From a virus (lineage: Duplodnaviria; Caudoviricetes), in IMG/VR virus record IMGVR_UViG_3300037467_001770, positions 1 to 42,926 of that record: DNA of 42,926 bases; one strand, 5' to 3'. Of the stretch, positions 1-7,903 are shown in pieces. Position 1 is the stretch's first letter. Each line of letters begins with the position of its first letter. The notes beneath the pieces were generated by a model. The model did not search any database and was not told the DNA's origin. It was given only the letters and a program-made list of their open reading frames with translations. A program made the position numbers and the translations under genes.

Positions 1-13
1 CCGCCCCCGACCC

Positions 14-334
14 TCACGCGACCGGCCATCCATCGGCGCCGATCCGCTTACGTGGCTTGAAGCCCTTCTGCTCCATCGTGATCCGTTCGTGGCAGTCGTG
101 ATTCACCGCCTCCAGGTTGGACGGATCATCGATCTGCTCCTGGGTCCATCCCATGCATTCAGCCTGGGCCTTTGGAACCTTGTGGTTCACCTCGTTGGCA
201 GGCAAAGGAAGGAAGCGCTTGGAGCACTCGCTGCACTGGCACAGCCCTTTGTCACGAGCCAAGATGAAGAGCCGCAACTTCCGCCACTTCGGGCCGTACC
301 CGCGGGCTGCGCTGCTTTCCTTGCTCCATGCCAT
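14..334 (-). CDS. HNH endonuclease, HK97 gp74-like terminase cofactor
   Basis: RGYG..W.KLR..IL.RD..LC..C...EVNH...NL...CH..T and GADGWP tail; last late-region gene, adjacent to terS on the circular map. Confidence 0.9.
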   Translation of the reverse strand: MAWSKESSAARGYGPKWRKLRLFILARDKGLCQCSECSKRFLPLPANEVNHKVPKAQAECMGWTQEQIDDPSNLEAVNHDCHERITMEQKGFKPRKRIGADGWPVA

Positions 335-1157
335 AAGCAGTCGGCTTCCAGTCCAGTTTGGCGCCCTTGGCTATGTTGTCAGCTGCCCAGAGTGGGCGAT
401 AGTTGGTGAAATGATTGAGGCGGACGACGTCTTCCGCTGTCACCGCTGTAGCGAGCGGAACAATGTGATCCAGGTGCCATTGCTCTCGGTTCGCCCACGT
501 CATCCCCGACAGGAACTGACTTTCAATGTGCGCCTTGAATGCTTCGAACGAGCAGCCAAGAATTGCCTCAGTTTCCGCGCTCTTTGCGATTGCGACTGAC
601 CGGAAGGCATTTGACATCAGCGACCGCAGGCGTTTCTTGAGGGCGAACATTTCGTCCTCCTTCAGCTTCTCCTTTGCCCAGCGGTTCTGCCGATCCGTAA
701 CCTTTTGACGGTTGGCGGCCACGTATTCGCGCTTCTCGGCATTCAACCGATCTCCGTGGCGCTCCCGGCGCTTCCTTCCGTGCTCGCGCAGGTACTCACG
801 GATACCGCCTCGGTTCTCCGCATAGTTCTCGCGCAATACAGCGTTCTGGCAGCCGCTGCACTTCCTGGCTCGATGCCCGTCCTTCAACCGGAAAGCAGCC
901 AGGTCGAGCGTCTGGCTGCATGCCACACATTCACGCTTCCCCTGCTTCTCCAGCTCAGCATTCCTCGCCCGCAGGTCTTGGCCGGCCTGCTGCCCGGGCA
1001 GTTTGGCGTACCGTCGGTTCTGCGCCTTGTTAATGCATGACCGGCATGACTTGGTGGCGTAGCGTTTGTCGCCAGCTTTCTTCAAAGGGAACTGCGAAAC
1101 GTGCTGCTCACAGCCGCACTTCGCGCAGACCTTTGTGTCTTCCGGGATCGTTGCCAT
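252..1157 (-). CDS. Free-standing HNH homing-endonuclease-like protein with two N-terminal Cys4 zinc fingers
   Basis: CxxC...CxxC twice, charged helical linker, C-terminal LGCS..F..HIE.QF..GMTW.N...WHLDHIVPL...NHFTN..PLW..DN..K. Confidence 0.8.
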   Translation of the reverse strand: MATIPEDTKVCAKCGCEQHVSQFPLKKAGDKRYATKSCRSCINKAQNRRYAKLPGQQAGQDLRARNAELEKQGKRECVACSQTLDLAAFRLKDGHRARKCSGCQNAVLRENYAENRGGIREYLREHGRKRRERHGDRLNAEKREYVAANRQKVTDRQNRWAKEKLKEDEMFALKKRLRSLMSNAFRSVAIAKSAETEAILGCSFEAFKAHIESQFLSGMTWANREQWHLDHIVPLATAVTAEDVVRLNHFTNYRPLWAADNIAKGAKLDWKPTAYGMEQGKQRSPRVRPEVAEVAALHLGS

Positions 1158-1194
1158 CTGCCAATATTAAAGCCGGGAAGCCGGATAGTCCTTC

Positions 1195-1366
1195 CAGATC
1201 CAATGCCATTCGCCCGCGCTACGGTCGCGCCGACGGTGTTCTGCCGGTGGAGTTCGTCAGGCAGGCCGTTACCACGGACACCGCTGCCCGCTGGCTTACC
1301 GAAGCCTTGGTTCGTCGAAGGTGCGCCCGTTATTGCCGCCACTGGAGCGCTCTGGCGGGCTGCCGC
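1195..1366 (-). ncRNA. Candidate structured RNA (block A) upstream of the HNH endonuclease
   Basis: Intergenic with nested stems: CCGCCA/UGGCGG, GGCUU/AAGCC, GCGGUGU/ACACCGU enclosing CCGU/ACGG and CUGCC/GGCAG, CGCG/CGCG. Confidence 0.35.
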
Positions 1367-1555
1367 TTAACTCGTTGTGGATTGGCCGCCGATGGCTCTG
1401 TTCACGTCCAGGCGCATCTGAAGCAACTGTTCTGCCTGGGCCAGTCGACACAGGTTGCGCAACCCATCACGGACGAACTTCCGCTCTCGCTCGCTGCGCA
1501 ACATGGGCCCGAATGCATCGACCATCTGCTCGATTGCTTGATCGGTCTGGGTCAT
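1367..1555 (-). CDS. Small hypothetical phage protein (62 aa)
   Basis: ATG at 1555; amphipathic helical sequence, co-oriented with the late operon. Confidence 0.65.
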   Translation of the reverse strand: MTQTDQAIEQMVDAFGPMLRSERERKFVRDGLRNLCRLAQAEQLLQMRLDVNRAIGGQSTTS

Positions 1556-1566
1556 TCGAGGCCCTG

Positions 1567-1603
1567 AATAAGAAAACCCGCCGAGCATTGCTGCTGGGCG
1601 GGT
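1567..1603 (-). terminator. Intrinsic terminator
   Basis: ACCCGCC...AGCA-GCAA-UGCU...GGCGGGU followed by UUUCUUAUU on the minus strand. Confidence 0.7.
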
Positions 1604-1656
1604 GAAATCCATCTCTCAAGGGAAAGAGTTGGAGGGATTCTTGGTGATGAAATCAT

Positions 1657-1851
1657 AGGCCCGGACGCCACTTGAGCGCCCGGGAACCGTATGCGTCCTC
1701 CACGTGAGGCCGGCCGTTTCGAATACAGCGAAGCTGGCAGGAGTCGTTATGGGCGCCACCCCATTGTGCGTCCCGGTGTTACCCCGAGCGGCCAAAACGT
1801 CGAGTGTTTCACTCGACTAGCCGACGGACATTGACCGGACTGCTCTCCCAT
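1657..1851 (-). ncRNA. Candidate structured RNA (block B) in the late leader
   Basis: No credible ORF; dense stems (GUCGAGUG/CACUCGAC, CGGCUA/UGGCCG, AUGGG/CCCAU, CCUC/GAGG, CCCGGGCGC/GCGUCCGGG); G-U wobbles form only on the minus strand. Confidence 0.45.
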
Positions 1852-1882
1852 GTAAACGCAAAAGCCCGCTTGCGCGGGCTTT
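1852..1882 (-). terminator. tR'-like terminator just downstream of the late promoter
   Basis: AAAGCCCGC-GCAA-GCGGGCUUUUGCGUUU. Confidence 0.8.
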
Positions 1883-1915
1883 GGTGGCACTGATTCACAG
1901 TGCATGAATGACCTC

Positions 1916-1944
1916 TATTTTCCGCACGTTTTGCGGAAAGTCAA
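1916..1944 (-). promoter_or_regulatory. pR'-like late promoter with palindromic spacer (candidate Q-binding site)
   Basis: TTGACT (1944-1939) immediately after the Q-like gene, weak -10 GAAAAT, inverted repeat TTTCCGCA/TGCGGAAA at 1919-1939. Confidence 0.6.
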
Positions 1945-1954
1945 GGAAAAGAGT

Positions 1955-2548
1955 TCAGCCGACAAGTCCGGTGTTGTTCAGCCGCCCTTCGGCCATCGCA
2001 ATTGCGCGGGCGATCTCGCCCACCTTGGCGTTCGGAATGGTCCGCTTCTCGCCCGCCAGCCAGGTGGTAATGATGGCGTTGTGCTCCGAAGCTGTGTCGC
2101 GGTTCACTCCGCAGGCGTCGGCCAGGTCGCCGATCTTGTGCTTCACCCCGAACTGACGCTCCACGATGCCCCGGCGCAGACGATAGTGCGTCAGCTTGCC
2201 AGACAGGCGGGAGACTGCCTCCGTAGTGATGAAGCCGATCGCGTCCGCCCATTCGGGATTCAGCTTCTCGCCCGAGCAGCATGCCGCCCCGCAGGCGCAA
2301 GGCGTGGTCCTGGGCGCATAACGGGCGGTGACAATCGCTTCCACAAATCGGCCCAGCGACTGGACTTCCCTCCGGATCATTCCGGATTGGCCCGCGCCAT
2401 CCACGCCGACCAAGCCCTTCCCCGTGCGCTTCACCTTGTCCGCAAGGCGATTCATCAGCGGCCGGTCGTACTGCTCGGTGGTGAACCGGTATGCGAACTT
2501 CAGGGCTCCATCAGCGGTTTCAAATAGCGATTCGACGCAGGCTTCCAT
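1955..2548 (-). CDS. Putative late antiterminator (Q analogue) with Cys cluster and C-terminal HTH
   Basis: Position after nin genes and before pR'/tR'; PCACGAACC cluster; IGDLADACGVNRDTA HTH; SD GAGGGAGG before ATG 2548. Confidence 0.7.
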   Translation of the reverse strand: MEACVESLFETADGALKFAYRFTTEQYDRPLMNRLADKVKRTGKGLVGVDGAGQSGMIRREVQSLGRFVEAIVTARYAPRTTPCACGAACCSGEKLNPEWADAIGFITTEAVSRLSGKLTHYRLRRGIVERQFGVKHKIGDLADACGVNRDTASEHNAIITTWLAGEKRTIPNAKVGEIARAIAMAEGRLNNTGLVG

Positions 2549-2561
2549 TTTTCCTCCCTCT

Positions 2562-2822
2562 TCAAACCGTCTTATCAATCCCGTTCACCACCAGCACCAG
2601 CGCTGCCATATCAAGTTCGTCCACCCGCTGCTCAAACACCTGAACCTCTTTGGTGACGACTTTTTCAATTTCTGGCGTGTAGTTCAATATCGGCTTCGTC
2701 TTCCCGGACCCGTCGCCGATGGGCTCGTGCGCCACGGTCGTCCACTCTTTGCCGACCGTCTCCGTGCGTTCAATGATTGCGGTGACAGTGATTCGATAGC
2801 CCTTTGCGCCATTCATGTTCAT
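2562..2822 (-). CDS. Hypothetical nin-region protein
   Basis: Coupled ORF with SD in the PR operon. Confidence 0.7.
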   Translation of the reverse strand: MNMNGAKGYRITVTAIIERTETVGKEWTTVAHEPIGDGSGKTKPILNYTPEIEKVVTKEVQVFEQRVDELDMAALVLVVNGIDKTV

Positions 2823-3022
2823 CCCCTTCTTTTGTTGGGTTGATGTTTCTTTTGCTTTGCTGCCTGCCGGCGCGCCCGCTCGGCTTCAAACTCGACCGTC
2901 TGCGCTGGATCCCGGTAGGCATGCGCCGGCAGCGCGCGGCTGGCTTCTTTCTTCAGCCGCATGCGGGCTTCGTGGACTGCTATCAGTTCGTCCAGGCTGA
3001 CCGCGCTCATGCCATCGCCCAT
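2819..3022 (-). CDS. Hypothetical nin-region protein
   Basis: ATGA-type overlap with neighbour; YRDP motif, basic tail. Confidence 0.65.
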   Translation of the reverse strand: MGDGMSAVSLDELIAVHEARMRLKKEASRALPAHAYRDPAQTVEFEAERARRQAAKQKKHQPNKRRG

Positions 3023-3489
3023 ATTTGAGTCGGCGCGCCGGTTTCGCCCTTGGTCTTGCCGATGACCTTGATGTAACCGTCTCGGCCAAGCTGAGTCATG
3101 TAAGCGGAAAGCGTCCGGGCTGGCAGGATCAGCTCATCAGCAATCTCCCGTGGAGTTGCAGGGCCCTCTTTCAAAACCTCAAATATCCGATCCTTCCACT
3201 TCGAAGACGGCAAAACGGAAGGCCTGCTTTCGCCGTCTTGGTAGAACTCGGACAAGTCCTCCCACACTGCGCGCGGATCGGCGCCATCGTCATAGACGCC
3301 GACAAGGTTGTTCGCAAGGCGCTCCACGTTGTTTTCGAAGCACTTGGATTTGCGCGGGGTCGAGTGGACTTCACCGGCCACCATGAAGACAGCGCATCCG
3401 CCTTCGTGGCTGTCGATCAGCTCCAATGCCTTCCGGTGCGCATCGTCCAGGGGGACGGCCGGCTCTTTGAATTGACCGCGGTGCGCCAT
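3007..3489 (-). CDS. Winged-HTH domain protein
   Basis: C-terminal RIFEVLKEGPATPREIADELILPARTLSAYMTQL..DGYI; ATG at 3489 overlapping the upstream stop. Confidence 0.7.
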   Translation of the reverse strand: MAHRGQFKEPAVPLDDAHRKALELIDSHEGGCAVFMVAGEVHSTPRKSKCFENNVERLANNLVGVYDDGADPRAVWEDLSEFYQDGESRPSVLPSSKWKDRIFEVLKEGPATPREIADELILPARTLSAYMTQLGRDGYIKVIGKTKGETGAPTQIWAMA

Positions 3490-3743
3490 CACTTCCCCTC
3501 CGCAAATCGTTTGAGCTTTTCCCGGTACTTCCCCCTGGCCGCGATGGCTTCTTCGTCGACCAAATCGAACTCCGGACACTGCCGCTCGGTGTCCATGCTC
3601 ATCCACTTGGTCATGTGGCCGCCGTCGGTGACGGAAGGACCAGGCAGGCCGGTGCACGGGCCGAATCCGTGATTCAGCATTTCCTTGTGCTCGCGGGTTT
3701 CATTGCCCTTGAAGTCCAGCTTTGAGCAGTGGAGGCAGATCAT
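3489..3743 (-). CDS. Small Cys-rich hypothetical protein (possible Zn binding)
   Basis: C-x2-C...C...C pattern; coupled to the replication gene. Confidence 0.7.
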   Translation of the reverse strand: MICLHCSKLDFKGNETREHKEMLNHGFGPCTGLPGPSVTDGGHMTKWMSMDTERQCPEFDLVDEEAIAARGKYREKLKRFAEGK

Positions 3744-4828
3744 TCGACCTCCGCCGGCTCACGGACAGCGCCAGCAGGAGCGCCGCGCGATATGCGCTTT
3801 TGCTCTGCAATGAGGGCGAGCGCAGCCTCGCGCGCCGACTTGGCCTCTTCCGGAGTGATCCTCTTCACTGGCTCCAGCGGCACAGACAACTCGGCCTGCA
3901 CAAGCTCCGGTTGAGGCGCGTTCTTCGCTTTCTCGTCGGCCTCCAGCTTCTTCAGGATGCGGTCCACGGTCTGCGGCAGCGTTTCGCCCGGGCGCGTCTG
4001 CATGCCCTCGGCGGTCAGCTTGTCGAGCACTCCCTCGACGGTGCTGTACCAGTAGCGATTGCGCGTTCCTTTGCCGTTCGTAGCCTGGTCGGAGGGCTTG
4101 ACCCGCTGGCGCAGGTAGTTGCGCCAAGTCGCGAACCAATCCGTCTTCTTCGCGAAGCGGTTGTCCGGCAATGCGGTCCAGTAGTCCTTGAATGCTTCGC
4201 CCAGCTCGCGGATGTAGGCGTCAGTCCAGCCCGGGTCGTAGTCCTTGGCCCAGAGCCCGAATTTCGAAGGCAGCACCCAATCATTCGGCAGCCGCGAAGC
4301 GGATGCTTGATTCGGTTGATCTTCGTTGACAGAACTATTGGAGCCTTTCTTATCTCCTCTCTTCTTATCTTCTCTAGCGTTCCCGTGCGTTACATCGCGT
4401 TTCGCGGGCTTACCTTGCGCTTCAAGTGCGGCATTTGCCTCGTCAAGTTGACGCTGCAATTCCTCGACCTTCTTCCGCGCGCGGTGCTCTGCCACCCGCT
4501 CTGATCCGGTGGGGTCTTCGCGCTTAGGCTGGCGCTTATCCCAGCTCGCAATCGCGCCGTCCTCGATCAGTCCCTTCTCTTCCAGGGCGGCCACAACGGT
4601 AGCCACCACCCCATCATCGACGCCAAAAAGAACGTCGAAATCGCTGGCGTCAAAGCCTTGCAAGTTACCGCGCGCAACCCCTGCGTTACACTGCGTTACG
4701 CCGCTGGCATGCTCCAGCAAGGCCACCCAGACAGCGACTACGGTTGGCAGCGGCTGCTTTGCTTTACGGGCCACCCACTGGAATTTCGGGTCGGTCAAGG
4801 ACCCATGCCACCACCTGAACCAGTCCAT
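3740..4828 (-). CDS. Phage replication initiator / replisome organizer
   Basis: MDWFRWWHG..TDPKF N-terminus, W.KRQPKRED, EDKKR linker, F.DYW......K.DW.ATWRN domain; start revised to ATG 4828. Confidence 0.8.
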   Translation of the reverse strand: MDWFRWWHGSLTDPKFQWVARKAKQPLPTVVAVWVALLEHASGVTQCNAGVARGNLQGFDASDFDVLFGVDDGVVATVVAALEEKGLIEDGAIASWDKRQPKREDPTGSERVAEHRARKKVEELQRQLDEANAALEAQGKPAKRDVTHGNAREDKKRGDKKGSNSSVNEDQPNQASASRLPNDWVLPSKFGLWAKDYDPGWTDAYIRELGEAFKDYWTALPDNRFAKKTDWFATWRNYLRQRVKPSDQATNGKGTRNRYWYSTVEGVLDKLTAEGMQTRPGETLPQTVDRILKKLEADEKAKNAPQPELVQAELSVPLEPVKRITPEEAKSAREAALALIAEQKRISRGAPAGAVREPAEVE

Positions 4829-5424
4829 TACTGGCCCTCCCCTTTCTTCAATTCCTTCAGCTTGGCCTGGTAGGCCTTCTTCATGGCCTTCAGGTCTTCG
4901 ATGGTCCACTTGGCGACCGTTTGATCCGCTTCCAGCGCTTCGACCGCGGCCAGGCCGATGCGGGCGATAACGCCGGCGCGGAACGCTGCGCGCGTGGTGC
5001 CGCCGGGGCGATTGCAGTTCTTGCGCTGGCCGAAGACGTTGTTTTCGTTGAAGCGCAGATGCGATGAGGATCCGCGGCTCAGGTAATGGCCGGCGTCCAT
5101 GGAGCCGCCCGGCTTTTGCGGTTCGAACGGCTTGCCGCAGCAGATGCAAGGCTGGTAACGATCGCGGAAACGGATGAAGGCATTGAACGCGGTCTGTACT
5201 TCCTTGATCCACTCGTTGCGGCTCTTCAGGGCTTCTTTCCGATCCCGGTCGTCCTTGCGCTCATCACGCTTCGCCTTGGCCGTTTTCAGCGCCTTCTGAT
5301 GCGCGACATAGGCTTCGGCGCATCCTTCCTTGGTGCAGACCTTCTGCCAGGGCGTGCGGCGCTCGAAGCGCTCACGGCAGGCGGGATTGCCGCACCTCGG
5401 ATGTCGGGACGGTTTGAGGCTCAC
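4828..5424 (-). CDS. ninG: NinG/Rap recombination endonuclease
   Basis: Q.AFN.FIR.RD...PCICCG...DAGHY.SRG....LRFNE.N...Q...CN; IG...VE.LE. Confidence 0.92.
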   Translation of the reverse strand: MSLKPSRHPRCGNPACRERFERRTPWQKVCTKEGCAEAYVAHQKALKTAKAKRDERKDDRDRKEALKSRNEWIKEVQTAFNAFIRFRDRYQPCICCGKPFEPQKPGGSMDAGHYLSRGSSSHLRFNENNVFGQRKNCNRPGGTTRAAFRAGVIARIGLAAVEALEADQTVAKWTIEDLKAMKKAYQAKLKELKKGEGQ

Positions 5425-5942
5425 TTTTCAAAGCCTCTCAGAACCGCATCCATCATGTCAGCGGCCTCATCGGCGTCGAGGTGACGCCAGAGGAAAGGAG
5501 CGGCGTGCTCGCCGCGCAGGAAGGCCAGCATGCTGTCGTGAAACTCGCGCATCTCCTGCTCTTCCAGTTCGGCATAGGAGATGGATTTCGGCAGCGGCAC
5601 GATCCCGCCTTTGGCGCCGGGCACCCAGGTAACGAAGCCGGCGCCGATCTTCACCCAGTTGCGGAACTGCTCGAAGTCGGTGAAGCGCTCTTGAGCATTG
5701 AAGACTGCCTGCTCGACGGCCATATGGAAGCGGTGGAACGGGCCGGAGCGGGGGATGCGCGTGCCGATCTGGGCGATCTCGCCTTCTTCAAGGGAGAACA
5801 TGCGGCGCAGGAATCGGCGCCAGCGGTTGTGGTTCTCTTCGTCGACGCCGCGCAGGCCGGTTTCCAGCACACGCTGGGCGATCTGCTTCTCGTTGTCGGA
5901 GAAGGCGATCGAGCGGTCGCGCATGATGAGGGCTTTGCTCAC
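5421..5942 (-). CDS. DUF1367-like protein
   Basis: R.GPFHR.H, F.DFEQFR.W.K.GAG, PKSISYA motifs; GTG start at 5942. Confidence 0.7.
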   Translation of the reverse strand: MSKALIMRDRSIAFSDNEKQIAQRVLETGLRGVDEENHNRWRRFLRRMFSLEEGEIAQIGTRIPRSGPFHRFHMAVEQAVFNAQERFTDFEQFRNWVKIGAGFVTWVPGAKGGIVPLPKSISYAELEEQEMREFHDSMLAFLRGEHAAPFLWRHLDADEAADMMDAVLRGFEK

Positions 5943-6112
5943 TTCACTGCCCTCACTGTGCAACGGTTGCAAACGTCAGCGCCGGCCGTCCACTGCCCGC
6001 GGCTGCGATTCAGCTTGCAGCCTGGGCAGAAGCGGGAAGAGAAGTTGAGCGGCGCTGATTCGGCAGTGCGAACCCGGTACTGCGCGGCCATGTGGGGATT
6101 GGCGAGGCTCAT
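5939..6112 (-). CDS. Small zinc-finger protein
   Basis: FCPGC...RS.GQW.....C.RC. Confidence 0.65.
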   Translation of the reverse strand: MSLANPHMAAQYRVRTAESAPLNFSSRFCPGCKLNRSRGQWTAGADVCNRCTVRAVK

Positions 6113-6116
6113 CGTT

Positions 6117-6473
6117 TCAAGCCGCGTACGGAATCCAAGTGATGACCTTTTCACCTGTCTTCCTGTTGATCACTGGCAATCCGTGTTTGTCGATCCTCTC
6201 GCCGCGTCGCATGACCTTCGGGGCTCGGATGAAACCTGAGCGCGTGCCGACCGCTATCCAGTCATTCGCGAACTGCGGTGCGTCGAAGGCTGGTGAAATC
6301 TGTTTTGGCCGGGCGGCGCCTTCGAACAGCTCTTGAGCGAGAGTCGCAACCCGCTGCGAATACTCTTCCTCGGTCAACTCCCGATTCAACACTTTGTCGA
6401 AGGTCAGCGTCTTTTCCTCGGCCATTTTCTTGCACTGGGCCCGAGTCACTCCGAAAACACAGAAGGCGGACAT
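6117..6473 (-). CDS. Hypothetical protein
   Basis: SD GGAG before ATG; operon context. Confidence 0.7.
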   Translation of the reverse strand: MSAFCVFGVTRAQCKKMAEEKTLTFDKVLNRELTEEEYSQRVATLAQELFEGAARPKQISPAFDAPQFANDWIAVGTRSGFIRAPKVMRRGERIDKHGLPVINRKTGEKVITWIPYAA

Positions 6474-6476
6474 GGT

Positions 6477-6794
6477 TTACTCCAGGTCGAATGAGGTTTG
6501 AACAGGGCGCGGCACAGGACGAGCCGGCAACCGGCTGGGCGTGATGGTTACGCCGGTAACGGTGCACTTTCGCTCGGGCGCCGGCTGCAAGCGATTTGCG
6601 GCGCGCAGGCCATTGACCACGCGCGACATGCTGGATTTGTCGATGCCGTGGACCAGGGCCATCAACTCAGAGAGGGAATAGTCACGGCCAGGCTGGATCA
6701 CCTTCATCACGCGCTCGTTCTGGCTGGCGGCCAGCTTCGGCACCACGCGGCCGTAAAAAGCGTCGATGGAAGTGAGGGCGACGTTCGTTTTCAT
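6477..6794 (-). CDS. Winged-HTH DNA-binding protein
   Basis: YSLSEL.....IDKSSMSRVVNGL and RKC.VTG wing. Confidence 0.75.
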   Translation of the reverse strand: MKTNVALTSIDAFYGRVVPKLAASQNERVMKVIQPGRDYSLSELMALVHGIDKSSMSRVVNGLRAANRLQPAPERKCTVTGVTITPSRLPARPVPRPVQTSFDLE

Positions 6795-6904
6795 TCCTCG
6801 CCCCCTTCGTCGTCGTCACCGCTCCAGAACGGGTCTTGCACCCAGCAGACCAGCGCATAGCCAAGGGCCATTGCAGCGGTCAGAATGAGAAGTCCAGTCA
6901 CCAT
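6791..6904 (-). CDS. Small membrane peptide (37 aa)
   Basis: MVTGLLILTAAMALGYALVCWVQDPFWSGDDDEGGEE; fills the gap and overlaps the next start (ATGA). Confidence 0.5.
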   Translation of the reverse strand: MVTGLLILTAAMALGYALVCWVQDPFWSGDDDEGGEE

Positions 6905-6907
6905 GGT

Positions 6908-7129
6908 TCACCCCGCTTGAAGTTCAGCAGCCAAGGACATTGCCGCGCGCGCCGGCAGGCGCTGGTTCTTGATCGCGGCATCGGTGAGTGCCTTGCCATA
7001 CGCGGCAAGCCACAAATCTTTGTCAGGCAGGAATTCAGGCGGGCAGGTGTCAGCCAGGCGGCCAGCAGCCACTGCAAGTTGGGCGTTATCGCGGATGCGC
7101 TGGCGGGACATGAAGACGTCGGCCATCAC
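6908..7129 (-). CDS. Hypothetical protein
   Basis: Coupled to the cII-like gene. Confidence 0.6.
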   Translation of the reverse strand: MMADVFMSRQRIRDNAQLAVAAGRLADTCPPEFLPDKDLWLAAYGKALTDAAIKNQRLPARAAMSLAAELQAG

Positions 7130-7632
7130 GCCACCCGCAGAGAACTGGATTGCGCGGCAAAGCGCTGGCGCGCGCGCTCACGAAGTTCGGCAAAGGCGGC
7201 CATCGCTTCCTGAAACTCGCGCTCGATGTTGTCCATCTCGGCCAAGGTCAGCTTGCCATCGGCCAGTGATTCATTCAGCACGCGCGCAACGTCGCCGCTT
7301 TCGGTCATCACCTTGAAAACAGCCTGGGCGAGCTGTTCATCCGAAAGGTGGTCAGCGGCCGGCATCGGGAAGGCGATCAGGTTGTGGCGCCAGTTCATGG
7401 CCAGCAGCGGCAGAGTCGCGCAATCGACCTTTGCCTCCTGCAGGAATTCGACGATACGCGAGGCTTCTTCGAACGTGATGTGGTGGGTCTTCACGCCAGG
7501 CGCAAGCTTTGAGCGCAGCACATTGGCCGACATGTCCATGCGCTGGGCCAGCGCTTCAATCCCACCCGGGTATTCACGCGCCGCGTTGTAGAGGGCGTCG
7601 TGCTGGTTCATGTCGGTGTACTGGCGCGTCAT
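7126..7632 (-). CDS. cII: CII-like phage regulatory protein
   Basis: YPGGIEALAQRM.MS..VLR.KL.P...H HTH, E.GDV......LADG..T..E; position after cro. Confidence 0.75.
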   Translation of the reverse strand: MTRQYTDMNQHDALYNAAREYPGGIEALAQRMDMSANVLRSKLAPGVKTHHITFEEASRIVEFLQEAKVDCATLPLLAMNWRHNLIAFPMPAADHLSDEQLAQAVFKVMTESGDVARVLNESLADGKLTLAEMDNIEREFQEAMAAFAELRERARQRFAAQSSSLRVA

Positions 7633-7807
7633 GTAGAAATCCCCTTGAATATTGGCGTTTTTCAATCTTTCCCCTCTGCCTATCCTTCCCATCAACAATT
7701 CAAGGGAGGTGGCGATGCTTCTTGTTCTCGTGGCGCTTCACAGCGCGGAACCCGGTTTGATCTGCTGCTACTCAGTTGACATTCATCAAACTGCGGCAAT
7801 CGGGCTC

Positions 7808-7836
7808 AAAAAAAGACCGCCACAGGGGCCGTCTTC
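7808..7836 (-). terminator. tR1-like terminator between cro and cII
   Basis: AAGACGGCC-loop-GGCGGUCUUUUUUU. Confidence 0.7.
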
Positions 7837-7903
7837 GGAATTACTGCTGTCTCTCCAGCGTCACGCCTGCAAAGGGGGCGTTCCCTCGCTCACAGGTTTT
7901 CGG

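Noticed and set aside
1230-1285. Hammerhead-like elements on the minus strand (CGGUGUC...CUGACGA...GAACACCG)
   Set aside because: GAAA core is incomplete, and stems I and II do not pair next to the core
1200-1285. HDV-like ribozyme hints (7-bp stem with terminal G-U, hairpin, then GGCGAAUGG)
   Set aside because: No compatible P2/P3/L3 pseudoknot could be built
252-1366. Group I intron or IscB/omega system around the HNH gene
   Set aside because: No interrupted exon pair, no P7 partner found downstream, and no PLMP/RuvC motifs
4829-5212. N-terminal extension of the 490-aa ORF 3740-5212
   Set aside because: Overlaps ninG out of frame; the real start is ATG 4828 with an SD
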